This document shows, piece by piece, positions 9,875 to 20,269 of a stretch of 64,000 nt of DNA (the first letter of the stretch is position 1; the number at the start of each line of letters is the position of its first letter). The position numbers were made by a program, and so were the translations under genes. This DNA comes from Spirochaetaceae bacterium (GTDB lineage: Bacteria; Spirochaetota; Spirochaetia; DSM-2461), in contig OZ245056.1 in assembly GCA_965224705.1 (NCBI GenBank), positions 2,941,945-3,005,944 of the forward strand. Reading direction: 5' to 3'. Under the pieces are notes generated by a model. The model saw only the letters and a program-made list of their open reading frames with translations. It did not search any database and had not been told where the DNA came from.

Positions 9875-10876
9875 TTATCGAGCGGAATCAATGAGGCTGT
9901 AAACCCTGTCAAGATCTGTTCGTTTGGAGAGAACTTCGTCTTTGATAATGGCTGCCCACCGGGCTTTTTCGGCAGGATCCATCTGTGTCAGGGTAACATC
10001 GGGTTTGGCACGCATGGCATCGACCATTTCCTGTTCCGATGCTGCGATATTGGCATTGTATTCAGCCGAGGCGGCATCGATGGCTTTTTTCATGACTTCC
10101 TGAACATTGGCGGGGTAGGAATCGAAGGTTTCGCCCCAGAATATGAAGTTGAAGGCACCGTAAACATGTTCACTAAACAGGACATAGGGGGCTACTTCAT
10201 AGATACTGTTGGTATAGATAACATCCACAGGGTTTTCCTGAGCATCAATGACCTTCTGCTGAATAGCACCGAATACTTCGGGGAAGGCCATGGCCTGGGG
10301 ACTTGCGCCCAGGGCCGTAAAGCAGTCGCCCATGGTCTTTGATCCGGGAACACGAATTTTCAATCCTTCCAGGTCGGCCAAAGTGCTGACAGGGACATTG
10401 GAGTTGATATTTCGGGGACCCCGCCGCATAAATCCGAAAAACTTGTATCCGGTTTCAGCTTCCAGAATAGATTTGATCTCCTCTCCTGTTCCGGATGTCC
10501 AGACCCTTTCAAAGTGGTCTTTGTCATCATAGAGAAAAGGTGTGAAGCCGATGGAGCAATAGGGGGAGTAGGTTTCAAGAGTTCCGATATCCTCAATAAG
10601 GATGTCCATGGTTTTTAACTGCATGCCTTCCAGCATTTCTGACCAGTTCCCCAATTGACTTGAGGGGTAGATTTGAACTTCCACCTGACCGTCTGTTTCT
10701 TCTTCAACGATTTTCTTGAAGGTTTCACTGGCGATGTGCCGACCGTCGGTGGTGGGGGCACCATGACCGAGTTTGATCACAATTTTTTCAGTTCCCGCTT
10801 CCTGCTCTCCTCCTGCGAATAAAGGGAGGCTGACAACGCAGAACAGCACCAAGAGTGATACAACGACTTTCTTCAT
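9875..10876 (-). CDS. dctP: TRAP substrate-binding protein, copy 1
   Basis: VQIYPSSQLG, GLKIRV, DAQENP motifs; signal peptide MKKVVV. Confidence 0.95.
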   Translation of the reverse strand: MKKVVVSLLVLFCVVSLPLFAGGEQEAGTEKIVIKLGHGAPTTDGRHIASETFKKIVEEETDGQVEVQIYPSSQLGNWSEMLEGMQLKTMDILIEDIGTLETYSPYCSIGFTPFLYDDKDHFERVWTSGTGEEIKSILEAETGYKFFGFMRRGPRNINSNVPVSTLADLEGLKIRVPGSKTMGDCFTALGASPQAMAFPEVFGAIQQKVIDAQENPVDVIYTNSIYEVAPYVLFSEHVYGAFNFIFWGETFDSYPANVQEVMKKAIDAASAEYNANIAASEQEMVDAMRAKPDVTLTQMDPAEKARWAAIIKDEVLSKRTDLDRVYSLIDSAR

Positions 10877-11049
10877 ACAAAACTCCTTTCCTATTATGAG
10901 TGGTATTGCTTTGATGCGCTCATAATATATTCTTGATAACAATCATATCATGAAAAAATATTTTGTCAAGGGAAAAGTGTTGGAAATGTCAAAAAATCAA
11001 AATCTCCAGAATATGCGATATCCCGGCCGTGAACTCCCCGGCCAGACAG

Positions 11050-11314
11050 GGAACAGCAATTATCTCTGTAAGCAGTATTGACTTGTTCCGGCTTCGATTA
11101 TACCGATGGTTTGATTGAGTTTTATTTTAGCTTGCCGGACAGCGTGGAGCCCTACGCAGTAAGGCTCCAGCAGTGCTCCGACAGAGTAGGACATGCTATA
11201 GGAATGAGATAACATGGATTCCTTATCGTTTCCTTCCGAAACTACAGGTTGTTCAACATCGACTATTTCTGCTTGATAAGGTTCGGTAAACTTCCATGCC
11301 TTCATATTTGCCAC
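11050..11314 (-). pseudogene. Deleted duplicate of the Zn-dehydrogenase (two joined segments) fused to a dctQ fragment
   Basis: Near-identical to 9848-9763 and 9453-9319; 11050-11082 matches dctQ 8718-8750. Confidence 0.88.
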
Positions 11315-11340
11315 TCCTATCCTGTCATTCTCCTTATGCC

Positions 11341-12342
11341 TTATCGGGCGGAATCAATGAGGCTGTAAACCCTGTCAAGGTCTGTGCGTTTGGAGAGAAC
11401 TTCGTCTTTGATAATGGCTGCCCACCGGGCTTTTTCGGCAGGATCCATCTGTGTCAGGGTAACATCGGGCTTGGCGCGCATGGCGTCGACCATTTCCTGT
11501 TCCGATGCTGCGATATTGGCATTGTATTCAGCCGAGGCTGCGTCGATGGCTTTTTTCATGACTTCCTGAACATTGGCGGGGTAGGAATTGAAGGTTTCGC
11601 CCCAGAATATGAAGTTGAAGGCACCGTAAACATGTTCACTAAACAGGACATAGGGGGCTACTTCATAGATACTGTTGGTGTAGATAACATCCACAGGGTT
11701 TTCCTGAGCATCAATGACCTTCTGCTGAATAGCACCGAATACTTCGGGGAAAGCCATGGCCTGGGGACTTGCGCCCAGGGCCGTAAAGCAGTCGCCCATG
11801 GTCTTTGATCCGGGAACACGAATTTTCAATCCTTCCAGGTCGGCCAAAGTGCTTACAGGGACATTGGAGTTGATATTTCTGGGACCCCGCCGCATAAATC
11901 CGAAAAACTTGTATCCGGTTTCGGCTTCCAGAATAGATTTGATCTCCTCTCCTGTTCCGGATGTCCAGACCCTTTCAAAGTGGTCTTTGTCATCATAGAG
12001 GAAAGGTGTGAAGCCGATGGAGCAATAGGGGGAGTAGGTTTCAAGAGTTCCGATATCCTCAATAAGGATGTCCATGGTTTTTAACTGCATGCCTTCCAGC
12101 ATTTCTGACCAGTTCCCCAATTGACTTGAGGGGTAGATTTGAACTTCCACCTGACCGTCTGTTTCTTCTTCAACGATTTTCTTGAAGGTTTCACTGGCGA
12201 TGTGCCGACCGTCGGTGGTGGGGGCACCATGACCGAGTTTGATCACAATTTTTTCAGTTCCCGCTTCCTGCTCTCCTCCTGCGAATAGAGGGAGGCTGAC
12301 AACGCAGAACAGCACCAAGAGTGATACGACGACTTTCTTCAT
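11341..12342 (-). CDS. dctP: TRAP substrate-binding protein, copy 2
   Basis: Protein identical to copy 1 except FDSYP/FNSYP. Confidence 0.95.
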   Translation of the reverse strand: MKKVVVSLLVLFCVVSLPLFAGGEQEAGTEKIVIKLGHGAPTTDGRHIASETFKKIVEEETDGQVEVQIYPSSQLGNWSEMLEGMQLKTMDILIEDIGTLETYSPYCSIGFTPFLYDDKDHFERVWTSGTGEEIKSILEAETGYKFFGFMRRGPRNINSNVPVSTLADLEGLKIRVPGSKTMGDCFTALGASPQAMAFPEVFGAIQQKVIDAQENPVDVIYTNSIYEVAPYVLFSEHVYGAFNFIFWGETFNSYPANVQEVMKKAIDAASAEYNANIAASEQEMVDAMRAKPDVTLTQMDPAEKARWAAIIKDEVLSKRTDLDRVYSLIDSAR

Positions 12343-12399
12343 AAAAAGCTCCTTCCTATTATGAGTAGTATTGCTTTGAAGCACTCATAATATATTCTC

Positions 12400-12436
12400 A
12401 AAAGAAATCATATCATGAAAAAATATTATGTCAAGG
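12400..12436 (-). promoter_or_regulatory. Sigma70-like promoter and probable GntR operator upstream of dctP copy 2 (twin at ~10940-10970)
   Basis: Minus strand TTGACA followed by ...TCATGATATGAT conserved upstream of both dctP copies. Confidence 0.5.
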
Positions 12437-12716
12437 GAAAGTGTTTGAAATGTCAAAAAATCGAAATCTCCAGAATATGAGATATTCCGACCGTGAGTTC
12501 CCGGATTAATGGATAAGGCAAGTGAGGCCCACCGACAGGTTATTTGGGGAACTCACGTGAGGAATCTGGTGATAGATCTCGGGCAGGAGTCTGCGCCTAC
12601 CCCATCGGCATTTCGTCTTCACCGGGACTGTGTCAGGAAGAAGGATTTGGAAATCATGGCTCCAGCCACTGCCCGGTGATCATGCTCTTGCAGACTAAGG
12701 TCTAAAACTGTTTTTG

Positions 12717-13196
12717 CTATGTCTCGACTACATTCAATTGAGGCTCGCATACTACTTCGGTCTTCACTGAATTGGCAATAAAGCACTCGGCATGGGCTGC
12801 GTGGTGCAGACTGTGGATGTCGTCGGCGGAAGGACGTTTCTCTCCGGAGAAAACGACGTAGGGCCGAAGTGTCACCCGTGTGATGGCCAGGCGGTCATCT
12901 TTGTCCTTTGACAAGGTGCCCCTGGCCTGGTCGGTGTAGGCATCAATACAGTATCCCTGATCGGCTGCCAGACTGAGAAACCAGAGCATATGGCAGCTAG
13001 CCAACGAAGCCGTAAAAGCCTCTTCTGGATCAATCGCAGAGGCATCGGTGTAGGCCGGAGGAACTACCAGAGGGGAGGCGGCTGCGGGAATCTCAGTGGT
13101 GTTGTTGATGATCCAGGTGTGTTGACGGGGGTAGCGCTTATCTAAGAAGGCGGCTTCGTTTCTTTTCCAGGTTACGTGGATGTGGTGTTCGGCCAT
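12717..13196 (-). CDS. OsmC/Ohr-family protein
   Basis: DPEEAFTASLASCHMLWFL and AHAECFIANSV two-Cys motifs. Confidence 0.93.
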   Translation of the reverse strand: MAEHHIHVTWKRNEAAFLDKRYPRQHTWIINNTTEIPAAASPLVVPPAYTDASAIDPEEAFTASLASCHMLWFLSLAADQGYCIDAYTDQARGTLSKDKDDRLAITRVTLRPYVVFSGEKRPSADDIHSLHHAAHAECFIANSVKTEVVCEPQLNVVET

Positions 13197-13504
13197 AATT
13201 GTGCTCCTATAGGGTTTTAAGTTGTGATTTTACACATCTAAACACGGGGATTGGATTGAGTCTCGCCATGGTTGATAGCCATCCTCCCATCGTGTGTACT
13301 CTCTTGATAAATCAGAGTAAGGGTATCATTGACAGGGAGTATTGCCAATGAGCTTTTTGGGGGGTGTCTCTCACGGAAGCACAGAATTCACGGAGGTGGG
13401 GAGCTAAAATGTAGGGGGGCCTTTGTCTCCACCGGTTTCATACTGAGTGCCGCTGCGTGGTGCCGCGGATATCCTGAAAGGCGGGCCTCGAGAAGGCTCC
13501 CAGG

Positions 13505-13761
13505 CCGGTTATAGCCAGTCTGGACGATAAGTTCCAGAAGCTGGGGACACAGGCAGCACCTGAAAAACTGCGGTTTCAACGCCGAGGACCTCGCTGGTTT
13601 GGCTGCGGGATTTTCCGATTTCCAGCCCTTGTAATTCGGGCTGATTGACTTTACACTCTGTATGAGCAAAGCGGGCTTTTTTTGTTTGGTATTTCTTTTC
13701 ATGTAAATATTTTAACATGGGAAACCTGCTTTGTGTCAAGGTCTTTGGTGAGAAATAGGGG
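13505..13761 (-). mobile_element. IS1380-family remnant (left end plus degraded transposase 5' end)
   Basis: End TGGTGAGAAATAGGGG identical to the TIR of element 26339-27735; leader and start similar to 26339-26580. Confidence 0.75.
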
Positions 13762-13880
13762 CTAAGTAAAAAAGAGTCATGCTGGACATGGGTTATCGAT
13801 TAAATCGCAGCATTCCGTCCTGGAAACCTATCGAGTTTTGGCCAACTTTTACGCAGATCACAACGAGGTTTCAGAGAGCT

Positions 13881-15046
13881 ATGAAAGGTCTGCCCTTTGT
13901 TCATTGATTTTATGCTTGACGGGGTGCACCGTGTTCATTAAACCCATTCGCCATACTGGTGAACGTTCTGACTTCGACCAATTAGATGACTGGTTGGAAG
14001 CACAGCACAAAGCAGGAAAATTAAATGGCAGTGTCTTAGTAAGCAAACAAGGGGCAGTGATTTATAAACGGCATTTTGGCTACCGGGACATAGAGCAGAT
14101 TCATAAGATCGATGATGCCACGCAATTCAATCTGGCTTCCGTCTCCAAACAGTTTACTGCGTTTGGAATTTTATTGTTAGCACATCAAGGCGAAATTAAT
14201 CTTGATGCACCCATCTCGGAATACTTACCGGAATTCCAATTGGAACAGGTACCCACCGTTCGGAACTTACTTCATCATCAAGGCGGCTTCAAGGAGTATT
14301 TTCTCATTACACAATCAACACCTTCGCTAAGAGCCTGTCGGACTTACGTCTCACGGCTCGATTTATTAAAGTCCGACAGATTCCTGGAGCGTCCCTTAAC
14401 AAATAAACAAGCCGTCGCGGCTATCCTTCATTATCACACAACTAAAAAGCCTCCCAAATACACCACATATAAGTACTCCAATTCGGGATACATAGTATTG
14501 GCACACATCATCGAGCGCATCAGCGGCCAGAGTTTCGAGCAGTTCATGGGCGAGCAGGTATTCAAAACAGCCGGGCTCAATAATACACGTGTATACAATT
14601 TGTTATCTGAGGAGTCTTGTGATAATCGGGCCATCGGCTTTAAGCGAACTCTATTAAACAAACTCAAACAAAAGGATTTAAACCAGTGGGACGGTGTTGC
14701 AGGCGACGGCGGCGTTTACAGCAGTACCGGCGATTTATTGAGGTGGCACTATTCGCTTATGCAGGGAAATCTTGTGCCAGTTGAATTCTATCGTCAGGCC
14801 ATGCAGCCGAGTAGGGACGATCATTCCAAAAGAACACCTTATGGATTTGGATGGATTGTGCTGGGGAAAGGAGAAGTCGAACATGCTGGCGGTTGGCAGG
14901 GGTTTTCCAGTTATTTCTACAGAAACGAAGAAACAGACAGTACGATCATTATATTGGATAACGCCAATCATGGATTTCAAATGGCCCCCCTGGGTTATCG
15001 TTGGAACTCCCTCTCTCTCAATCTAAGAGACTGGCTAAAAAAGTGA
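13881..15046 (+). CDS. Serine hydrolase (beta-lactamase class C/AmpC-like family) lipoprotein; probable 1-nt frameshift just after the start and an in-frame mini-MITE insertion
   Basis: SxxK (ASVSK), YSN and HAG motifs; one extra A after ATG 13881 gives MKRSALCSLILCLTGC lipobox. Confidence 0.8.
14331..14383. repeat. 53-bp mini-MITE inside the serine hydrolase ORF
   Basis: GAGCCTGTCGGACTT...AAGTCCGACAGATTC termini; internal ACGTCTCACGGCTCGATTT as in the 35878 copy. Confidence 0.9.
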
Positions 15047-15121
15047 ACTGGAGTAAAACGGCCGGAGGGGGGACCAGATTTTTAAGTGCATTTCTGGCAA
15101 AACGCTAAGGTTCTTCTCCTT

Positions 15122-15640
15122 CCTGAATCCGTATAAAAAATCTTCCCTGTCAGAATGTGTGGGTGATCTAAAGCTCCGAGACAAAATGCAAGAAAACAAA
15201 AAGCACCGAAATCTGTTAAACTAAATCTCGCAAAACAAAAAAAGATTGGGCTCATTTCATGAAAAAGGTTTCAAAATCTTATCCCGATGCGGATAGAATC
15301 TGTATAGTAATGGATAATTTAAAAACCCACAACGCATCGGCTTTTTATGAGACTTTGACCCCGAAGAAGCACGAATACGACGAGAACGTTTTGATTTTGT
15401 ATACACTCCCAAACATGGTTCCTGGTTGAATATGGCAGAAATTGAATTACATGTATTAAACCATCAATGCCTGAATAGGCATATACCTGAGCAAAGCAAG
15501 GTTGAAAGTGAAGTAAAAGCATGGGAGCAGACAAGAAACGCAAAAGTGGCAGCGATAAACTGGCAACTTACAAATGAAAAGGCAAGGGTAAAACTAAATC
15601 GTTTGTATCCGTCATGACATGATTAACATAGCATTAGTAT
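15122..15640 (+). mobile_element. Adjacent IS scars: IS1380-like terminus followed by IS630-family transposase C-terminal remnant
   Basis: cctgaatccgtataaaaaat shared with 19556; TPKHGSWLNMAEIEL...INWQLTNEKARVKLNRLYPS typical of IS630. Confidence 0.75.
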
Positions 15641-15812
15641 AATTTAAAATCTCCACTTTCTGCTATTAAATATGAATGGATTCGATTTTTATGTGATCGG
15701 TATTGTATCTTCCTGTATGTTAGTGACATAATACCCGGGTATTTGCGAAGGATGGCATCCTCGTCAAAAAGGAACATTAACTAAAAATTCGTATAGATTT
15801 GGAAGGTGACTC

Positions 15813-17552
15813 ATGCAAAAATTTGGTTTTACGATACTTGTTCTATCTGCTTCGACAGTAATACTTGCAGCTCAAGTGGATCTGAGATCAAACATCGCAA
15901 TTGTGCAATCATCGCCTGACGAGGCATTGGTGCAGACATACAATGATATAGCCGACTGGCTGGAGAATCTGCGCGAATCCAAATTGGCCGAAGATTTCCG
16001 TAGCCAGGAAAACGGAGTTCATGGGACAGGGTTCTTACTGCGGTTTGAAGAACAGATGTTTCTTCTGACGAATTACCATGTCATCAAGGGCTACGCCGAA
16101 ATCAATGTCACCTTCCGTCCCCGGGAAAGTGACGAGTTTGAATTCTCTCAGGTCAGGGTTGTCTATGCGGATCCGGCAAAGGATTTGGCCCTTATGGAAG
16201 TACCCGACTCCTGGGAACTGTCCGTCCCCGGCCTGCGGCTGTCCGCCGAGGCAGTTGTGGAAGATGGGGATGAGGTTTGGGCAGCAGGGTATCCCGGCCT
16301 TATCGCATCCGCATCATGGCAGCTTTCTCTGGGCAACGTAACCAATGAAAAAGTTATTCTCGATGAAGTCGGATTGGTGGGTGTTGATTACCTCATCCAG
16401 CATTCTGCTCTGATTGATCCGGGAAGCAGCGGCGGTCCCCTTCTCCTTGCCGAAGACAGGCAAACCGTTGTCGGGGTGAACACACTCAGTGTTCCGAGCC
16501 GGAACAATACCTTCTTTGCCATTCCCGCACAGACCGTGGAAGCCTTCCTCCAGGACTACAGTACCGTGGAATCATCGGATCCCGCCGAAAGACTGGAACA
16601 GCGTGTCGATGAGTTTGTTCAACAACTCGCGGAGGAGGAACTCCTTTACGCCGCGATGAGATCGTATCTCGCCGACGATTTCGGAGCACGGTATGGGTGG
16701 AGCACCTACAAAAGAATCTACAAGACTATGGACAGTGAACCTCGGAAGGAGTTGGACGGAAAGCTCTTTCTATCGGGCCGTCCCCTTGAGGCACTGAAAG
16801 AAATTCTCGCAATGGTGGTGCATTCCGAATACGGCGGGCAAAAAAATATCGAATACAGCATTGAATCCGTATTCGCGGACCGTGCAGAAGTCGAAATCGG
16901 TACCCCGGATAACAACTCCACTATGGCAACAACCTGGGTACTGGACCAGGGTGATTGGCGGCTGGCCGAGATGGATGATGCCGAGAAGATGACCATCCGA
17001 AGTCAGGACGATGAGGAAAAATCAATCTATCGGACAAAGTACGACAGCTTTGGTGCCATCATCGGTGTTGCCGTTCTGGGATCCCCGGCTTATTCCACAC
17101 AAGGTGCAGGAGGCTCCAGAATTGGCGTCGGCCTCAACCTGAGCTATCGGTTTCCGGGGAAATACTTCAACTACGCCATTGGAGCGGAGTTTGATCACTA
17201 CAGTGATTTGACAGTCCCTCCGGACACATCCAAAGGCAGCATTTCCTCCTTTTCCATCACTCCCGTAGACCTCTGGTTGAAATATCCGATATTTTTGCAG
17301 AGCAACAATGTCCTCATTCCATTCGTCAATGCCGGTTTGTCCGTCGGCTTTGCGTTCAACGGAGATGCCAACTCTTCCGCCCCCTTAATTCTATACAAAA
17401 TATCGTACTCCATGGGATTGGAATGGTCGCCTGACAGCACAAAACTCGGTAGTTTCGGTCTCGCATTCACATATGTCGGTGAAGGCTACGCATTGAGCGA
17501 AATGTTTTCTCCATTTCATTCCTTCGGTGCGAGTGTGTTCTATCTTTTCTAG
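15813..17552 (+). CDS. Secreted trypsin-like serine protease with C-terminal putative outer-membrane beta-barrel
   Basis: Signal peptide; triad motifs TNYHV, KDLAL, GSSGGP; amphipathic strands ending in YLF. Confidence 0.8.
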   Translation: MQKFGFTILVLSASTVILAAQVDLRSNIAIVQSSPDEALVQTYNDIADWLENLRESKLAEDFRSQENGVHGTGFLLRFEEQMFLLTNYHVIKGYAEINVTFRPRESDEFEFSQVRVVYADPAKDLALMEVPDSWELSVPGLRLSAEAVVEDGDEVWAAGYPGLIASASWQLSLGNVTNEKVILDEVGLVGVDYLIQHSALIDPGSSGGPLLLAEDRQTVVGVNTLSVPSRNNTFFAIPAQTVEAFLQDYSTVESSDPAERLEQRVDEFVQQLAEEELLYAAMRSYLADDFGARYGWSTYKRIYKTMDSEPRKELDGKLFLSGRPLEALKEILAMVVHSEYGGQKNIEYSIESVFADRAEVEIGTPDNNSTMATTWVLDQGDWRLAEMDDAEKMTIRSQDDEEKSIYRTKYDSFGAIIGVAVLGSPAYSTQGAGGSRIGVGLNLSYRFPGKYFNYAIGAEFDHYSDLTVPPDTSKGSISSFSITPVDLWLKYPIFLQSNNVLIPFVNAGLSVGFAFNGDANSSAPLILYKISYSMGLEWSPDSTKLGSFGLAFTYVGEGYALSEMFSPFHSFGASVFYLF

Positions 17553-18530
17553 CACTTTTTCAAGTCTTAAATTGCGGATAGAGGTGTTTCAACTTCATCC
17601 GTGCTTTCATCAGCAGTAAACTGTCAGTCAACTTTGTTTGCCGTGCGGTTTCTTTCTCTATTCCATGCTGTGACTTCTTTTATCAAAGCTCCGAGATCAG
17701 GGATTCTTCTTGATAGGCACTGGCCGATTAATGTGCTAGTTCAATCTCAACCATATTGAGCCAACTGCCATGTTTCGGGATGTAGTGAATCTCTAATTTA
17801 TCCGCCAGCCTTTTGCTTCCCTGGAATCAAATCTTTCATGAAGAGAGCCCGTGGAATGGGTGTTGAGGTTATTTATAACAGGGATAATTTCTTCAGCATC
17901 GGGAAAATCACAATCAACAAGCTTCTTTATCTCTTCCGCCCATTCATTTCTTGCTTTCTTCATTGGCAACAAACTCTCCGTCCCGGGAGGAATTATCCAA
18001 TATTTTTGAGATGCGGTTTAAGTTCGTTTTTTTAGCGTCTTTCTAACCGTCTCATAGGATATGCTTGACACAATCTTGAGTTCAACAAGTTTGTCCGCCA
18101 ACAAGCAAAGTGTCCATCTGTCTCTGCCTTCAGGGGGCTGGCTGTCGGCAAGGCGAATCAAATGCCCCTCTGCCTCTCCATCCAGTTTAGGGGCTGTTGG
18201 CGGAGTTTCCCGTTTTTTTCTCTTTAATGCCGCATCAAGACCCTCTTCCACAAAGCGTTTTCGCAACTTATAGACGGTTTTTCTGTGGCATCTAAAAATC
18301 CTTCTGACATCATCAATGCTCATATTACTGCCATTTCTATCCAGGCTTAAGAGCATATTGGCGTTTTTTATCTCTCTAGCCGCCGACTTCCCTTTACTGA
18401 CGAAGTCACTCAGGTACTCTTGCTCTTCTTTGTTCAAACGCACAACATAAACTGCTTCGCGCATTATTTCCCCTCCCATTATCGAATGATCGGCATATCC
18501 AATGTAGACATTTAGTCTTGAGAAGTACCA
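17550..18530 (-). mobile_element. IS630-family element; orfA intact-looking (18018-18464), orfB degraded
   Basis: Imperfect TIRs tagcactttttcaagtcttaaat / tggtacttctcaagactaaat; HTH with PPEGRDRWTL...SISYETVRKTLKK; A7 frameshift motif; begins at the TAG of the protease gene. Confidence 0.85.
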
Positions 18531-18531
18531 G

Positions 18532-18818
18532 GAGTCTGTCGGACTTTAAGACTTCAAGGCGATTTTTGATGATTTTTGCCTGATGCAAGGCGACAAAAAC
18601 GGAGCGTAGCTGGGCTACGTGAGTATTTTGGCAACGCAGCAGCGGGGTATGCGAGTCTAAGGACTCGCATACCGAAGAGAGCGCTGAGCGATAGCGAAGA
18701 AAAGCCGCCACGGATGGCGGCGAAAGCGAACGAAGGCGGCTCTTCAGAAGCAAGCAGGAGGCTTGCTTCTGAAGAGAAGGGCAAAAATCGAGCCGTGAGG
18801 CGTAAGTCCGACAGACTC
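18532..18818. repeat. MITE, long 287-bp form with a ~126-bp multi-hairpin insert
   Basis: TIR GAGTCTGTCGGACTT / AAGTCCGACAGACTC; body matches the 161-bp copies. Confidence 0.92.
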
Positions 18819-19502
18819 CTAGCGCAGTGTCTCCCGTTCCCGCTCTATCCAGGCATCCCAGCCGTAGCCGGTTATTATCTCCTCCGCAGCGTCCAGAGCA
18901 TCCTCGCGGTTGCTATCGGAATGGGGGAGGAATCCGATTTCAAAGTCTCTGACAATGATATTGCTCTTCTCCGTTTCCCGTATGTACACTTCCAGGGCCC
19001 CGAAATAGGTCATCTCACCAGGGCGCACTATCAGACCCGCACTCTCCTCCGGATAGCCGAACAAAGAAGATGCTTCAATTGACTGCGCTGTGTTGTGTTC
19101 GACGAATTTTGATGAATCATACGTGTATGTTGCTTCATATCTAAAAAGGTAGTACTCCCCCGGGGTTGGGATTTGACAGGCAAAATATCCATCGGAATCA
19201 ACTTTGATTAACCCCCGTGTATCTGAAGTTGTTGATTCCACTGCGGCGAGTGATGCCTTGAACTTTTTCCCCATGGCTAAATCTGCTACGGCCTCATCGG
19301 TAAATTCACGTTCCACCCCAACCTCACGGGGAATAAACATAATGCGCACACTCGGGGTTTTGGGAAATGGATGGCCTTTTAGTTCCAGGCGACCGTAGAT
19401 TAAACCGGATTCGGTACTCTTTGGCTCGGTGATCTTGTAAGTTTGACAGCCCACCGAAAGAAAGACAGATAACACACCGAGAAACGGAATGATGCGTTTC
19501 AT
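18819..19502 (-). CDS. Hypothetical lipoprotein
   Basis: MKRII...LSVGC lipobox; AGGAG RBS. Confidence 0.8.
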   Translation of the reverse strand: MKRIIPFLGVLSVFLSVGCQTYKITEPKSTESGLIYGRLELKGHPFPKTPSVRIMFIPREVGVEREFTDEAVADLAMGKKFKASLAAVESTTSDTRGLIKVDSDGYFACQIPTPGEYYLFRYEATYTYDSSKFVEHNTAQSIEASSLFGYPEESAGLIVRPGEMTYFGALEVYIRETEKSNIIVRDFEIGFLPHSDSNREDALDAAEEIITGYGWDAWIERERETLR

Positions 19503-19555
19503 TTAAGTCTCCTTTTATGCTAATTCAAAAAACTCTCTCTAAGATATCAGTTAGA

Positions 19556-19887
19556 CCTGAATCCGTATAAAAAATTTAAACCAAAGCCTCAATCTTCTGT
19601 GATATAATGAATTAAGACTAAATACCCAATTGACCCAGAAGGTGAGCCTTATGAAGATAGATACTACCACAGAAGCTTTGACCCGTACAGGGGGAATCGC
19701 ACTGGCAGGAAAAATATTTAAAGAGATTGAACTGGATTTCACATCCGATACCATACTCTCGGGAGCAGACAAACAAATCATAAAAACAATGACCGGACTG
19801 TTTCTACAGGGCAGAAACAGTTTTAAGAAGTCAACATGGTTCGGAACTGACCATTCTTCACAAAAGCTCTGGATGGCATTAACCTGA
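19556..19887 (+). mobile_element. IS1380-like remnant (left end and transposase N-terminus)
   Basis: CCTGAATCCGTATAAAA terminus; MKIDTTTEALTRTGGIALAG...LFLQGRNSF. Confidence 0.7.
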
Positions 19888-20262
19888 CACCGCATTCAAA
19901 GCGGTTAAAAAAGGGACAGAAATTCATCTTCCGGATTGTAGTGGTCCCTGGTGTAGATGTAGACTGCCATCCCTTCAATGGCCGCTCTTGTGTAGTAGGC
20001 TTCTTCAATATCCTGCCATGTAACTTTTCGGATAAAATAGCCGTAATTCTTCTGGTGCTCAATTACCCCCCGTCCCGGTTAGACGATTAATGGCCTCATT
20101 GACGGGGGTCATACTTACATTCAGCTTTTCCGTTAATTCGTTTTTATTAATTTTTTCTCCATAGGGGATGTCTCCATAGAGAATCATTTTAACACTTTAG
20201 TTGTAAACCAACTGTACTCGGTTGCTTTTCTTCTCAGCCACGCTTTTGTCCAGGATACTCAA
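19888..20262 (-). pseudogene. Degraded duplicate of the 5' half of the GntR gene at 4031-4750
   Basis: High nucleotide similarity to 4378-4750, with a CAA-to-TAA nonsense change, an extra C, and truncation by the IS. Confidence 0.9.
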
Positions 20263-20269
20263 GGCGCCC

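Noticed and set aside
9830..11998. Paired + strand ORFs (170 aa and 80 aa) appearing twice
   Set aside because: They are antisense shadows of the duplicated dctP genes.
13260..13500. Possible riboswitch or ncRNA upstream of the OsmC-family gene
   Set aside because: It is GC-rich, but I could not match any known aptamer consensus, and it adjoins IS debris.
18406..19082. ORFs spanning MITEs (also 35833-36358, 47787-48270, 60075-60858)
   Set aside because: They are translations of the non-coding repeat (recurring PKYSRSPATLRF/KSDRLL peptides) and overlap real genes.
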